This document shows positions 28,208 through 37,967 of a DNA stretch of 43,685 bases, in pieces. This DNA comes from a virus (lineage: Duplodnaviria > Caudoviricetes), in IMG/VR virus record IMGVR_UViG_3300032233_002662, positions 1-43,685 of that record. One strand, given 5' to 3'. Numbering within the stretch: the stretch's first letter is position 1; every line of letters starts with the position of its first letter. The notes under the pieces were generated by a model that had not been told where the DNA came from, did no database searches, and worked only from the letters and a program-made list of their open reading frames with translations. Made by a program: the position numbers and the translations under genes.

Positions 28208-29644
28208 ATGAGAAATTATCAAAATGCAATTAGAGGATGGCATAACATGGTTAATAACGCTACTCCCTCCGAAAGTAAAATTAAAACTGCTACTCCACCA
28301 CTAGAACAATCTCCTGTTGAACAACAAGTACCAACACACAATAAAATTGTTATTGTTGGTGCTGGTGTATCAACACAATATGGTGTACTACACTTATTAA
28401 AAAATGGATATGACCCAAAATGTATTACTATTATAGATAAAGGTAATGGTATTCACACTAGACAACCTGAAGAGGTAATGACAGGAGCTGGTGGGGCAGG
28501 AACATGGAGTGATTTTAAAGTAATTCCATCATTTAAACAAGGTGGATTATTTTTTCCTCATTACTGCCAAGATGAAGAGTATGCAGATAGATTATCTAAA
28601 CAGCTATATGATTATATAGTTGAATATCATCCTGATCCTTCTAAAATAATGTATACTAAACCTGTAGAAGAACCTCAATATATTAAAGATTCACCTTTTG
28701 AATTAAGACAATCACCTTGCTATCACCTTGGAACAGATTATGGTCAACAGCAAGTTAAAAATATATTTCAATATTTTGAACAATGTGGTGTGAATCAAAT
28801 ATACAATGCTGAAGTTTTAAGTATCAATTTTGAAAGAAATACAATAACCTATTCGTACAGAGAACACCTTGAAACTTTCTACAATGAAATATATGGAGAT
28901 AAAATAATTATAGGAACTGGTAAGTCAGGTATGGATTTACTTACTAAATTAATTAAAGAAAATAGCTTAGATACTATATCTAAACCAGCTCAATTTGGAG
29001 TACGATATGAAACTGATGGTAAATATTTTGAAGAATTAAATAAAATAGCTTACGATTTTAAATTATATAAAAAATTTGGTGAAGATAGTGCTCGATCCTT
29101 CTGTACAAACAACTTTGCAGCATTTGTAGCTGAAGAGGAGACATACAGCATGAAATCATATAATGGTCATGCTCATAAAGATAAAGAAAAATATAATGGT
29201 TTAACTAATTTTGGTATATTATTAGAAGCAAGAGGTATTGAGGATCCATTTGAATTTAGTAAATCTTTAGTTCAATTTTTCCAAAGTAATGGTAAAGCAT
29301 CATATTATTCCCCAATAAGTAGAAAACCGTCTTTAACTGATCAAGGTAATAAAGTACCAGGGTATAAAGTATCATTAGATAAATTTAAAGAAGGATTTGG
29401 TAAATATGCTGATTATATTTTAGAATTTATAGATGATTTAAATAAAACATTTGGTATAAATAATGATTATATATTTTATTGTCCTGAAGTAAAATTTCTA
29501 ACAAATGAGATATTATTAAATAAATCTAATCTTTCTTTACCTCAATACCCAAATATATACTTACAGGGAGATGCAGCTGGAGCAAGGGGTATTTATATAT
29601 CGGCTTTACATGGATTATATATTGCAGAAAACTTATTAAAGTAA
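28208..29644 (+). CDS. FAD-dependent oxidoreductase (uncharacterised dehydrogenase family)
   Basis: IVIVGAG Rossmann motif; GAGGAGTWSDFK, HLGTD, RSFCTN, NGH and GDAAGARGI motifs. Confidence 0.85.
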   Translation: MRNYQNAIRGWHNMVNNATPSESKIKTATPPLEQSPVEQQVPTHNKIVIVGAGVSTQYGVLHLLKNGYDPKCITIIDKGNGIHTRQPEEVMTGAGGAGTWSDFKVIPSFKQGGLFFPHYCQDEEYADRLSKQLYDYIVEYHPDPSKIMYTKPVEEPQYIKDSPFELRQSPCYHLGTDYGQQQVKNIFQYFEQCGVNQIYNAEVLSINFERNTITYSYREHLETFYNEIYGDKIIIGTGKSGMDLLTKLIKENSLDTISKPAQFGVRYETDGKYFEELNKIAYDFKLYKKFGEDSARSFCTNNFAAFVAEEETYSMKSYNGHAHKDKEKYNGLTNFGILLEARGIEDPFEFSKSLVQFFQSNGKASYYSPISRKPSLTDQGNKVPGYKVSLDKFKEGFGKYADYILEFIDDLNKTFGINNDYIFYCPEVKFLTNEILLNKSNLSLPQYPNIYLQGDAAGARGIYISALHGLYIAENLLK

Positions 29645-29678
29645 TATTTAATGGGTATTGGACTGATGGGATTTTTAT

Positions 29679-29686
29679 ATATTTAT
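29679..29686 (+). promoter_or_regulatory. putative late promoter ATATTTAT
   Basis: 4 nt before the ATG of the GIY-YIG gene. Confidence 0.45.
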
Positions 29687-29690
29687 TGGC

Positions 29691-30308
29691 ATGACAAATA
29701 TATATATTTTAGAAAAAAATGGAGTCCCGTTTTATGTAGGTAAAGCAAATGATATAATAAGACGAAAACATAAACATCATCAAACATACGGAAACGATAT
29801 AATATTAACTGTTATTGATAAAGTAATAGATTGGAAATACTGGGAGGAATATTGGATTGAACAATTTAAAGCGTGGGGGTTTACTTTATTAAATCAAAAT
29901 AAAGGCGGGGGTGGTCCTGAACAATATACTGAAGAACAAAAACAAAAGATGAGAAAACCTCGTAAAGAAGGAACTGGAGCTAAGATTAGTAAAATATTAA
30001 AAGGTAACCACACACAATATTATACTGAAAGTGTAAGACAAAAAATAAGTAAAGGTAATAAAATACCAAAACCATTCTCAGACGAACATAAACAAAATAT
30101 GGGTATAGCAAAACGTAAACAAGCTACACCTGTATTACAGTATGATTTAAATGATAATTTGATTATAGAATGGGAAAGTAAAGGCCAAGCAGCTAAGTGG
30201 ATAAAAGAACAAACAGGTAAAACAAGTAATATAACTTCACAAATAAAGGATTGTATCTTGGGTAGACAAAAAACCGCTTATGGCTTTAAATGGAAATATA
30301 AACTTTAA
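29691..30308 (+). CDS. free-standing GIY-YIG homing endonuclease (NUMOD3/NUMOD1 repeats)
   Basis: IYIL...FYVGK, R..H, E.YWIEQF..WGF..LN; TEEQKQKM/SDEHKQNM repeats; VLQYDL...TAYGFKWKY. Confidence 0.85.
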   Translation: MTNIYILEKNGVPFYVGKANDIIRRKHKHHQTYGNDIILTVIDKVIDWKYWEEYWIEQFKAWGFTLLNQNKGGGGPEQYTEEQKQKMRKPRKEGTGAKISKILKGNHTQYYTESVRQKISKGNKIPKPFSDEHKQNMGIAKRKQATPVLQYDLNDNLIIEWESKGQAAKWIKEQTGKTSNITSQIKDCILGRQKTAYGFKWKYKL

Positions 30309-30319
30309 AATAAAACAAA

Positions 30320-30556
30320 ATGTCAGAAGTAAAGAAAATGAAGTCAGCTGATGGTAGTATTATTTACCACCTAAACGGCAAAATGCATAATTGGGAAGGG
30401 CCAGCTTTGATACCACAAGGTAATAAACGTTTAGCTGAATATTATCTATTCGGAATTAAACATACTAAAGAGCAATGGGAAGAGAAGAAAAAAGACGTTA
30501 ACGGGCAACCCTTCTATAAATCAGCTGCCGGAAAAGCTGCTGGAGCTAGAGTTTAA
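30320..30556 (+). CDS. hypothetical protein
   Basis: NGKMHNWEGPALI...EYYLFG motif, a single unit of a repeat common in viruses. Confidence 0.65.
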   Translation: MSEVKKMKSADGSIIYHLNGKMHNWEGPALIPQGNKRLAEYYLFGIKHTKEQWEEKKKDVNGQPFYKSAAGKAAGARV

Positions 30557-30579
30557 GCAAAATTAATATTATATCTTTA
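30554..30579 (+). promoter_or_regulatory. putative early/middle promoter
   Basis: TAAGCAAAA-N9-TATCTTTA. Confidence 0.5.
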
Positions 30580-30583
30580 CTAT

Positions 30584-30790
30584 ATGAAATTTACTCGTGT
30601 ATATGAAGATGAAGAAACTATTGAAACATGGACTTTCGATTTAGATAAATTTAAACGAGGTCCTGTTTCTGTAGATATTAAATACAAGGCTGGAGCTGAG
30701 AAAGCATCTAAAGCACGTGCTAAGGAAGCTAAACAAATTAAGAAAACAGCACGTCAAATGAAAAAAATAAATAATAAGAATAAAAAATGA
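30584..30790 (+). CDS. hypothetical protein, basic C-terminus
   Basis: 68-aa ORF coupled (ATGA) to the kinase gene. Confidence 0.6.
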   Translation: MKFTRVYEDEETIETWTFDLDKFKRGPVSVDIKYKAGAEKASKARAKEAKQIKKTARQMKKINNKNKK

Positions 30791-31305
30791 GAATAGGATT
30801 AACTGGTACGATGTCATGTGGGAAAACTACATTAGCAAAAGCATTAGGTGAGTTAGACCAATTTAAAGGTTATACTATACAAACTGAACGTAGTAAATAT
30901 CTTAGCAATTTAGGTATTCCACTAAATACTGATTCTACACTACCAGGACAATTTGTATTTTTAGCTGAACGTGCTAGTGAATTATTACAGGAAAATATTA
31001 TTACTGATAGAACAATTTGGGATGTGTGTTCATTTACATTATCAGCAAAATCAATTAGTGATTGGGAAAAACGTACATTTATTGAATCAGCGATGAATCT
31101 TAAAGATTATTATGATTTAGTTATTTATGTATCTCCACGTGGTGTTAGTGTAGAAGATAATGGTATTAGAACAACTGATCTAAATTATCGTATGAAAATA
31201 GATACTGTTATTAAGATGGCATTAGAAGAATATAAACCAAAACGCTTAATTAGTGTTGAAGGTACAACTGAGGAACGTATTGCGACAATTTTACAAAATC
31301 TATAA
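30787..31305 (+). CDS. P-loop nucleotide kinase (AAA_28/NadR-like)
   Basis: Walker A GTMSCGKTT; ITDRT..D; EDNGIR. Confidence 0.8.
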   Translation: MRIGLTGTMSCGKTTLAKALGELDQFKGYTIQTERSKYLSNLGIPLNTDSTLPGQFVFLAERASELLQENIITDRTIWDVCSFTLSAKSISDWEKRTFIESAMNLKDYYDLVIYVSPRGVSVEDNGIRTTDLNYRMKIDTVIKMALEEYKPKRLISVEGTTEERIATILQNL

Positions 31306-31320
31306 TATTTATACACATAA
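31300..31320 (+). promoter_or_regulatory. late-promoter block, repeat of 25363-25383
   Basis: Exact 21-bp copy containing ATATTTATA. Confidence 0.65.
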
Positions 31321-31329
31321 CAGATAAAA

Positions 31330-32286
31330 ATGAAAAAAACAGACTTACATAAAATGGTTCGTGAAGCCATTCAAGAAATACTAAGCGAAGCCGACATTTC
31401 CTCTGCTGAAAAAGCAGCTAAAGATGCAGAATTAAATGCTATTAATAAAAAAATTGCTGCTTTAAATATTAAAAAAGGTGATTTAGCTTCTGGTAGAGAA
31501 GAAGTTGCTGAAGGTGAAATTGATGAATTAGCAAACGTAGCAGTACGCTATGAATTAGCTCCTGGCACTAACGCTGCTGATTTTAGTGGTAAGAAAAATC
31601 GTATTATCACTGCAATGCAAGCCACAGGCGAGCCAATGTCTAAAATAGATGTAGCTGGTGAGCTAGGATATGATAAACAAAATCCAATCAATGCTGATTT
31701 TATGGCTCTTGTGGCTTCAGGAGCAATTAATCAAGCAGGTGGACAAGCAGCACCACGTCTTAATCGCCCACAACCAGCAGTTGCTGAACCAGAAGATGGT
31801 GAAGATGTACCAGCTGGATATGAAGGACCAGAAGGTGGAATTGAAGGTGATATGAGTGATGAAGAAATTGAAGCATCATTTGCTAAAATGATGGGTAGTG
31901 GAGAAGAAGAACCTGAAGCAGGTGAAATTGAAACAGCTGATGTAGCAACAGGTAGAATGTCTGATAAAGATTATGAAGCCTTTATGCAATATACTGATTT
32001 AGAAAACCGTTTAGCTAGTGTAAAAAGTAATATTTTAAAAGCAAAACGCTCTAGACCATCTATAGGTGATATCTCAGATACACCATCTAACGAATTGCAA
32101 AATTTACGTGATCTTAAAGCTAGATTACAAACTAAAATGGATGGTTTGTTAGCAGGAAATGAATATCTTCAATCTCGTCAAGCTAAATTAAATAAAAAAG
32201 CAGCTCCTGAAGAAACAAGTGATGAAGAGCAACTAGATGAGTGGACTAAAAATAAAATGAAATATTACGCAGGAATAATAAAATAA
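31330..32286 (+). CDS. acidic putative internal head protein
   Basis: Leader MKKTDLHKMVREAIQEILSE; possible winged helix; coiled coil; C-terminal LDE...YYAGIIK. Confidence 0.6.
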   Translation: MKKTDLHKMVREAIQEILSEADISSAEKAAKDAELNAINKKIAALNIKKGDLASGREEVAEGEIDELANVAVRYELAPGTNAADFSGKKNRIITAMQATGEPMSKIDVAGELGYDKQNPINADFMALVASGAINQAGGQAAPRLNRPQPAVAEPEDGEDVPAGYEGPEGGIEGDMSDEEIEASFAKMMGSGEEEPEAGEIETADVATGRMSDKDYEAFMQYTDLENRLASVKSNILKAKRSRPSIGDISDTPSNELQNLRDLKARLQTKMDGLLAGNEYLQSRQAKLNKKAAPEETSDEEQLDEWTKNKMKYYAGIIK

Positions 32287-32290
32287 AAAT

Positions 32291-32962
32291 ATGAAAAAAT
32301 ACATTTTACCTATTATTGTTATCTTACTATTTGGGTGGTTAGTAGTAAATAAAGTTGATTATTATGGTTTATCTGACCAATTTAAGGCAACACAAGATAG
32401 TTTAGTAGCTGCTGTTGATTCTTTAGTAGAAGATAACCATCAAAAGGATTTACAAATAGGTGCTTTAGAAGAATTAGATTATGATTTACAAAATCAATTA
32501 GATAAAGCTAAAGGTAAAGTTGTTGTAATTAATCATTGGGTTGATTCATCTAAAGGCAAAATTGATATTTATACTGAAAAAGAATTAATTAGTTCATTTT
32601 ATAATCGCTACCCCAAAGACACAATAACTAATCCACTCCCAATAGCCCAACCAGTATTAGTTAGTGCTGCTAAAGATTTAGTAGAATTAGAAGGTGCTAA
32701 ACAAATTATTGAAGTAAAGGATAGCGTTATAGTTTTAAATGAAAAAAGAATAGTTGGTAAAGACAGCACTATATCTCTTTATGTTAGCAAAGAAGTTAAC
32801 TATAAGAATATAATGGTAAATCAACAAACACAAATTGCTGATTGGAAAAATCAATATAATAATCTTAAACTTCAAAATACTAAACTTAAAATCCAAGCTA
32901 AAATAGGTAAAATAGGAGCTGGTTTAGCAATAGCCGGATTAACATTTTTACTTATAAAATAG
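32291..32962 (+). CDS. coiled-coil membrane protein with N- and C-terminal hydrophobic segments (spanin-like candidate)
   Basis: Termini ILPIIVILLFGWLVV and IGAGLAIAGLTFLLI flank a long coiled coil. Confidence 0.5.
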   Translation: MKKYILPIIVILLFGWLVVNKVDYYGLSDQFKATQDSLVAAVDSLVEDNHQKDLQIGALEELDYDLQNQLDKAKGKVVVINHWVDSSKGKIDIYTEKELISSFYNRYPKDTITNPLPIAQPVLVSAAKDLVELEGAKQIIEVKDSVIVLNEKRIVGKDSTISLYVSKEVNYKNIMVNQQTQIADWKNQYNNLKLQNTKLKIQAKIGKIGAGLAIAGLTFLLIK

Positions 32963-33011
32963 TTCTACCTTAGGAACATCCGTTTAGCATTATTAGGACC
33001 AATGCGAAAAC

Positions 33012-33041
33012 AAAGCCTGACCCGTAAGTCAGGCTTTTTTT
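33012..33041 (+). terminator. intrinsic terminator
   Basis: AAAGCCTGAC-CCGTAA-GTCAGGCTTTTTTT. Confidence 0.85.
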
Positions 33042-33043
33042 AT

Positions 33044-33052
33044 ATATTTATA
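33044..33052 (+). promoter_or_regulatory. putative late promoter ATATTTATA
   Basis: Lies between the terminator and the ATG at 33056. Confidence 0.55.
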
Positions 33053-33055
33053 TAT

Positions 33056-33580
33056 ATGAGTATATCAACTAAAATATATCTAGTAGAAAATATAAAACCT
33101 GGTACTAATAAGGTTTACATTGGTAAAACCAAAAATGATGATAGGTTTTATGGACACCAAACTAAATACGGCCTACAGATACAATATACTATAATAGATG
33201 AAATAAATTCACTGAATCATAATGATTGGGAACCTTTAGAAACATATTGGATTGAACAATTTAGGCAATGGGGTTTTGAAGTAGTAAATAAACGAAAAAA
33301 AGGAGGAAGTGGTCCTATTTCACATACTGAAGAAACAAAGCAAAAAATCCGTAAAGGTAAAATAGGCCATGAATGTTATAACAACATAGAAAGAAATAAT
33401 AAAATTAGTAAAGCACTACAAAATCATTCAAAACATTATACTGAAGATATAATTCAAAAAATGAAAAAACCAAAACCTGAAGGATTTGGAGAATTATTGA
33501 GTCAAATAAAAAAAGGCAAACCTAGACCCGATTTAAAAGGTAGAGTAAGCCCTAATAAAGGTAAAACAAAACAAAAATGA
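33056..33580 (+). CDS. free-standing GIY-YIG homing endonuclease
   Basis: Start re-assigned past the terminator. KIYLV...VYIGKT, ETYWIEQFRQWGF, HTEETKQKI (NUMOD3). The stop overlaps the terminase start. Confidence 0.85.
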   Translation: MSISTKIYLVENIKPGTNKVYIGKTKNDDRFYGHQTKYGLQIQYTIIDEINSLNHNDWEPLETYWIEQFRQWGFEVVNKRKKGGSGPISHTEETKQKIRKGKIGHECYNNIERNNKISKALQNHSKHYTEDIIQKMKKPKPEGFGELLSQIKKGKPRPDLKGRVSPNKGKTKQK

Positions 33581-35157
33581 GCCAGGCAAATATTAAAGAG
33601 ATAATTAAGCAAGAATACATAAAATGTTATTCGGATCCAATTCATTTTTTCCGCAAATACTGTTATATTACACACCCAATTAAGGGAAGAGTATTATTTC
33701 ATCTATATCCATTCCAGGAAGATGTATTAAATGATTTTAGAAATAATCGATTTAGTATTATTAATAAATCAAGACAGCTAGGTATATCAACATTATCTGC
33801 TGGGTATTCATTGTGGACAATGCTATTTAATAAAGATAAAACAGTACTTTGTATAGCAACTAAACAAGAAACCGCTAAAGGTATGGTTGAGAAAGTACAG
33901 TTTATGTACAATAATTTACCTAGCTGGTTAAAAGGTAATCAAAAACCCGTATCAGATAATAAATTATCATTAAAACTAGCCAACAATTCCCAAATTGTAG
34001 CTACATCAGCCGCATCAGATGCAGGTCGATCTTACGCAGTATCTTTATTACTAATAGATGAGGCTGCGTTTATTGAGGGTATTGATAAAATATACACAAG
34101 TATTAAACCAACCATTGCAACTGGTGGAGGTATTATTGCGTTATCTTCTCCAAATGGGGTTGGTAATTGGTTTCATAGAATGTATGCTGAAGCTGAAATA
34201 GGTAAAAATGATTTCAAATCAATCAAACTAAGATGGAATCTACATCCCGATAGAGATGAGGCTTGGGAGCAAAGAGAAAGAACAAATATGTCACCTAGAG
34301 AATTCGCTCAGGAGTATGACTGTGACTTTCTAGGCTCAGGCAACTCAGTAATTGAACCCGATTTATTATCATTTTATGAAGAAACATTTATACAAGATCC
34401 TGTCGAGCGTCGCTTTATGGGTGGTGACTTTTGGATTTGGCAGTATCCTGATTATAGTAAGCAGTATATTGTATGTGCTGATGTTGCTCGTGGAGATAGT
34501 AGCGACTTTTCTGCTTTCCATGTCATTGATGCGACAACTTGCGAGCAGGTGGCTGAATACAAATCGCAAATTGACACTCGTACATTTGGAAACATGCTTG
34601 TTTCTGTTGCTACTGAGTATAATAATGCTTTACTCGTGGTGGAAAATGCAAATATAGGTTGGGATGTAATTAATACAATTATAGAAAAAGGATATCAAAA
34701 ACTATATTATTCACCTCGTGCCTATGGTGAAATGCATATAGATAAATGGATGGATAAAATGGAAAAGGAACAAACCGTTCCTGGTTTTACTACATCTGCT
34801 AAAACAAGACCCCTTGTTGTAGCAAAAATGGAGTCGTATATTCGTGAAAAGGCTTTTACTTTTCATTCCAAACGTTTATTAGAGGAACTACGTGTGTTTA
34901 TTTGGCAACACGGTAAAGCTCAAGCACAAAACGGATATAATGATGATTTAGTAATGTCTTTAGGAATTGGATTGTTTACTAGAGATACAGCAATGAAATT
35001 CTACGAACAAGGAATGGATTTAAATAGAGCAATGGTATCTAATATCACTAGAACAAGCTATGAGATGGGCCCATTGCTACCTAGTGGACAACAACATCCA
35101 TATACAATGAATGACGGTCGTGGGGGATTTGAAGATGCATCATGGATATTAGGATAA
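33577..35157 (+). CDS. terL: terminase large subunit (T4 gp17-like)
   Basis: LYPFQ Q-motif, KSRQLGIST Walker A, LLIDEAAF Walker B, SSPNG motif III, nuclease motifs ADVARG and DDLVM. Confidence 0.96.
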   Translation: MSQANIKEIIKQEYIKCYSDPIHFFRKYCYITHPIKGRVLFHLYPFQEDVLNDFRNNRFSIINKSRQLGISTLSAGYSLWTMLFNKDKTVLCIATKQETAKGMVEKVQFMYNNLPSWLKGNQKPVSDNKLSLKLANNSQIVATSAASDAGRSYAVSLLLIDEAAFIEGIDKIYTSIKPTIATGGGIIALSSPNGVGNWFHRMYAEAEIGKNDFKSIKLRWNLHPDRDEAWEQRERTNMSPREFAQEYDCDFLGSGNSVIEPDLLSFYEETFIQDPVERRFMGGDFWIWQYPDYSKQYIVCADVARGDSSDFSAFHVIDATTCEQVAEYKSQIDTRTFGNMLVSVATEYNNALLVVENANIGWDVINTIIEKGYQKLYYSPRAYGEMHIDKWMDKMEKEQTVPGFTTSAKTRPLVVAKMESYIREKAFTFHSKRLLEELRVFIWQHGKAQAQNGYNDDLVMSLGIGLFTRDTAMKFYEQGMDLNRAMVSNITRTSYEMGPLLPSGQQHPYTMNDGRGGFEDASWILG

Positions 35158-35160
35158 TAA

Positions 35161-35169
35161 ATATTTATA
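35161..35169 (+). promoter_or_regulatory. putative late promoter ATATTTATA
   Basis: Intergenic between terminase and portal. Confidence 0.6.
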
Positions 35170-35189
35170 CATATAAATAAAACAACATA

Positions 35190-37076
35190 ATGGCAGATAA
35201 CCAACCAGGTTTATTTAATAGATTAACACGCTTATTTAGTACTGATGTAATCATCAGAAATGTAGGTGGTACTCAATTAAAGGTAATGGATGTAGATAAG
35301 ATCCAAGCCTTTGGTAACGTAAAAACTAACGCACTTATAGATAGATTTACTAAACTTCATCGTTATGGCGCCAATATGCCTTATAACCCAACGATGAACT
35401 ACCAAACACTTCGTATTCAGTTATACACTGACTATGAAGCAATGGATACAGACTCTATCATAGCTTCTACCCTAGATATTATCTCAGATGAGTCTACTCT
35501 TAAAAATGAAATGGGGGAAGTATTACAAATTAGAAGTGCAGACGAAAATATTCAACGTATTCTCTATAATTTATTCTACGATATTTTAAATATTGAATTT
35601 AATTTATGGTTGTGGATTAGAAATATGTGTAAATATGGTGATTTTTATTTACATATGGAAATTGCTGAGCAATTTGGTATCTACAACGTAACACCACTAT
35701 CAGTATATGATATGGTTCGTGAAGAAGGACAAAATCCTGAAAATCCATCTTACGTATGTTTTAGGATTGATCCAATGGTAATCGCTGCTGGTGGTATTAG
35801 TTCACGTGTTAAAGATAGAGACGGTAAAATTAAATTTGAAAACTACGAAATAGCTCACTTTAGATTATTAACTGATGCTAACTATCTACCTTATGGTAGA
35901 TCATACATTGAACCAGCTCGTAAGACATATAAGCAATATGTGTTAATGAAAGATGCAATGTTGTTGCATCGTATTACTCGTGCCCCCGAAAAACGCGTAT
36001 TCACTATAAATGTTGGTAATATACCACCGCATGAAGTAGATGCATATATGCAGAAGATAATACAGAAGATGAAGAAAACTCCTTATATGGATCATCAAAC
36101 TGGTGAGTATAATCTTCGTTATAATATGCAGAATATGATGGAGGATTTTTACCTTCCAACTCGTGGTAATGATACAGCAACTAAAATTGATACTCTTAAA
36201 GGATTAGAGTATGGTGGAATTGAAGACGTAGTATTCCTACGTGATGAAATGTTAGCTGCGCTTAAGATACCAAAAGCATATTTTGGATTTGAAAAAGATC
36301 TACAAGGTAAAGCTACATTAGCTGCTGAAGATATTAGATTTGCTCGTACAGTTGAACGTATTCAACGTGTAGCTTTATCTGAGCTATATAAAATGGCGTT
36401 AGTACATTTATATGTTCAAGGATATGAAGGTGAATCATTAGCTAATTTTGAATTATCATTAACTGTTCCATCAATCATCTACGAACAAGAAAAAGTAGCA
36501 TTGTGGAAAGAAAAAGTTGATCTAGCTAAATCAATTCAAGATACCAACTTATTACCTTCAGATTGGATCTACGATAATGTATTCCAATTCAGTGAAGATG
36601 AATTTGATGAATATCGTGATTTAGTACTTGAAGACAAGAAACGCATATTTAGAATGGCTCAGATTGAGAACGAGGGTAATGATCCGGCTAAAACAGGTAG
36701 ATCATTTGGTACACCACACGATTTAGCTTCACTATATGGTAAAGGTAGAGCAGGAATGAACGTTGATGGTCCTGTACCTCCGGGATATGATGAAAAACGT
36801 CCTATTGGTCGTCCTATAGAAAAGGCATCTATGATTAATACACAAGATGATCCATTAGGTAAAGATAGATTAGGTAGAAAAGATAATAATACAATATATA
36901 CTGCTAATATACCTAGTGAAGATGGTACACCAAAAGGTGGATCACCTGTTGGATTATCTGAACTAAATAAACATAAGGGACTGTTTGAAGGTATGAATAT
37001 AACTCGTAAGAAGCTAGTATTCGAAACGGAACAGGAATCTGGCCTATTAGATGAGAAAAATATTAAGGATATATAA
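35190..37076 (+). CDS. portal protein (T4 gp20-like)
   Basis: RITRAPEKRVF.I.VGN, MEDFYLP.RG, IDTLKG, ALKIP and EDIRF motifs. Follows terL. Confidence 0.95.
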   Translation: MADNQPGLFNRLTRLFSTDVIIRNVGGTQLKVMDVDKIQAFGNVKTNALIDRFTKLHRYGANMPYNPTMNYQTLRIQLYTDYEAMDTDSIIASTLDIISDESTLKNEMGEVLQIRSADENIQRILYNLFYDILNIEFNLWLWIRNMCKYGDFYLHMEIAEQFGIYNVTPLSVYDMVREEGQNPENPSYVCFRIDPMVIAAGGISSRVKDRDGKIKFENYEIAHFRLLTDANYLPYGRSYIEPARKTYKQYVLMKDAMLLHRITRAPEKRVFTINVGNIPPHEVDAYMQKIIQKMKKTPYMDHQTGEYNLRYNMQNMMEDFYLPTRGNDTATKIDTLKGLEYGGIEDVVFLRDEMLAALKIPKAYFGFEKDLQGKATLAAEDIRFARTVERIQRVALSELYKMALVHLYVQGYEGESLANFELSLTVPSIIYEQEKVALWKEKVDLAKSIQDTNLLPSDWIYDNVFQFSEDEFDEYRDLVLEDKKRIFRMAQIENEGNDPAKTGRSFGTPHDLASLYGKGRAGMNVDGPVPPGYDEKRPIGRPIEKASMINTQDDPLGKDRLGRKDNNTIYTANIPSEDGTPKGGSPVGLSELNKHKGLFEGMNITRKKLVFETEQESGLLDEKNIKDI

Positions 37077-37083
37077 TAAATAC

Positions 37084-37091
37084 ATATTTAT
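37084..37091 (+). promoter_or_regulatory. putative late promoter ATATTTAT
   Basis: Intergenic, after the portal gene. Confidence 0.5.
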
Positions 37092-37112
37092 TGGTAGTGC
37101 ACACTTTTTATT

Positions 37113-37967
37113 ATGAAAATTAAACACAGCAAATTTAAAAACACAGGTATATTATTTGAACTATTAGTTCGCCAAATAGCATCTGATACCGTGTCTAATA
37201 AAGATTCAGCAGCAATAGGAATTGTTAGAAAATATTTTAATAAATCTGAATTAGCTAAAGAATATAAATTATATCAAGCAATAATTACCCCTAGATCTCT
37301 TAGTGAAGCTAAAGCTGAAACGTTTATTAATTCAACGTTAGAGGCTTCTTTGCGTTTGAATAAAACAGCTTTACGTAAGGAAAAATATAATATCATTAAA
37401 GAAATTCGTGATCATTATGATATTGAGGAGTTCTTTAAAGCAAAAATCAGCCATTATAAGCAATATGCGGCTGTATTTAATTTAATAGAGGCACACAATT
37501 CATTAGAATTTACAGAACCACAACATATTATTGATAATAAAGTAACTTTACTTGAACACATTACACGTAAAGAGATTGATAAGGAAAGTGTTAAGGATCG
37601 TGTAATGGAAGAATTTGCTTCTATGGATAAAGGATCTCGTATATTAGCTTATCGTATGTTGTTAGAAAAATTCAATAGCAAATATGCTACATTATCAGAT
37701 CGCCAAAAATTAATATTGAAAGAATTTATTAATAATATCTCCAACACAACTAAATTGCGTGATTTTGTTAATACTAATTTTAACATTATTACTGAGCAAA
37801 TTACTAAAATTATACCTACAGTATCTGATAAAACAACTCAAATTAAGTTAGCTGAAGTAATTACATTATTACATCCATTAGATAAAACACAAAATGTAAA
37901 AGACGAAAACATTATTTCACTTTTACAATATTATCAATTAATTGAAGAATTAAAAGCTGTTAAATAG
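37113..37967 (+). CDS. conserved head-cluster hypothetical protein
   Basis: 284 aa, helical; MKIKHSKFKNTGILFELL; located between portal and protease. Confidence 0.7.
   Translation: MKIKHSKFKNTGILFELLVRQIASDTVSNKDSAAIGIVRKYFNKSELAKEYKLYQAIITPRSLSEAKAETFINSTLEASLRLNKTALRKEKYNIIKEIRDHYDIEEFFKAKISHYKQYAAVFNLIEAHNSLEFTEPQHIIDNKVTLLEHITRKEIDKESVKDRVMEEFASMDKGSRILAYRMLLEKFNSKYATLSDRQKLILKEFINNISNTTKLRDFVNTNFNIITEQITKIIPTVSDKTTQIKLAEVITLLHPLDKTQNVKDENIISLLQYYQLIEELKAVK

Noticed and set aside
33577-37076. Intron or intein in terminase or portal
   Set aside because: Both ORFs are continuous with typical lengths and no splicing motifs. The GIY-YIG genes are free-standing.
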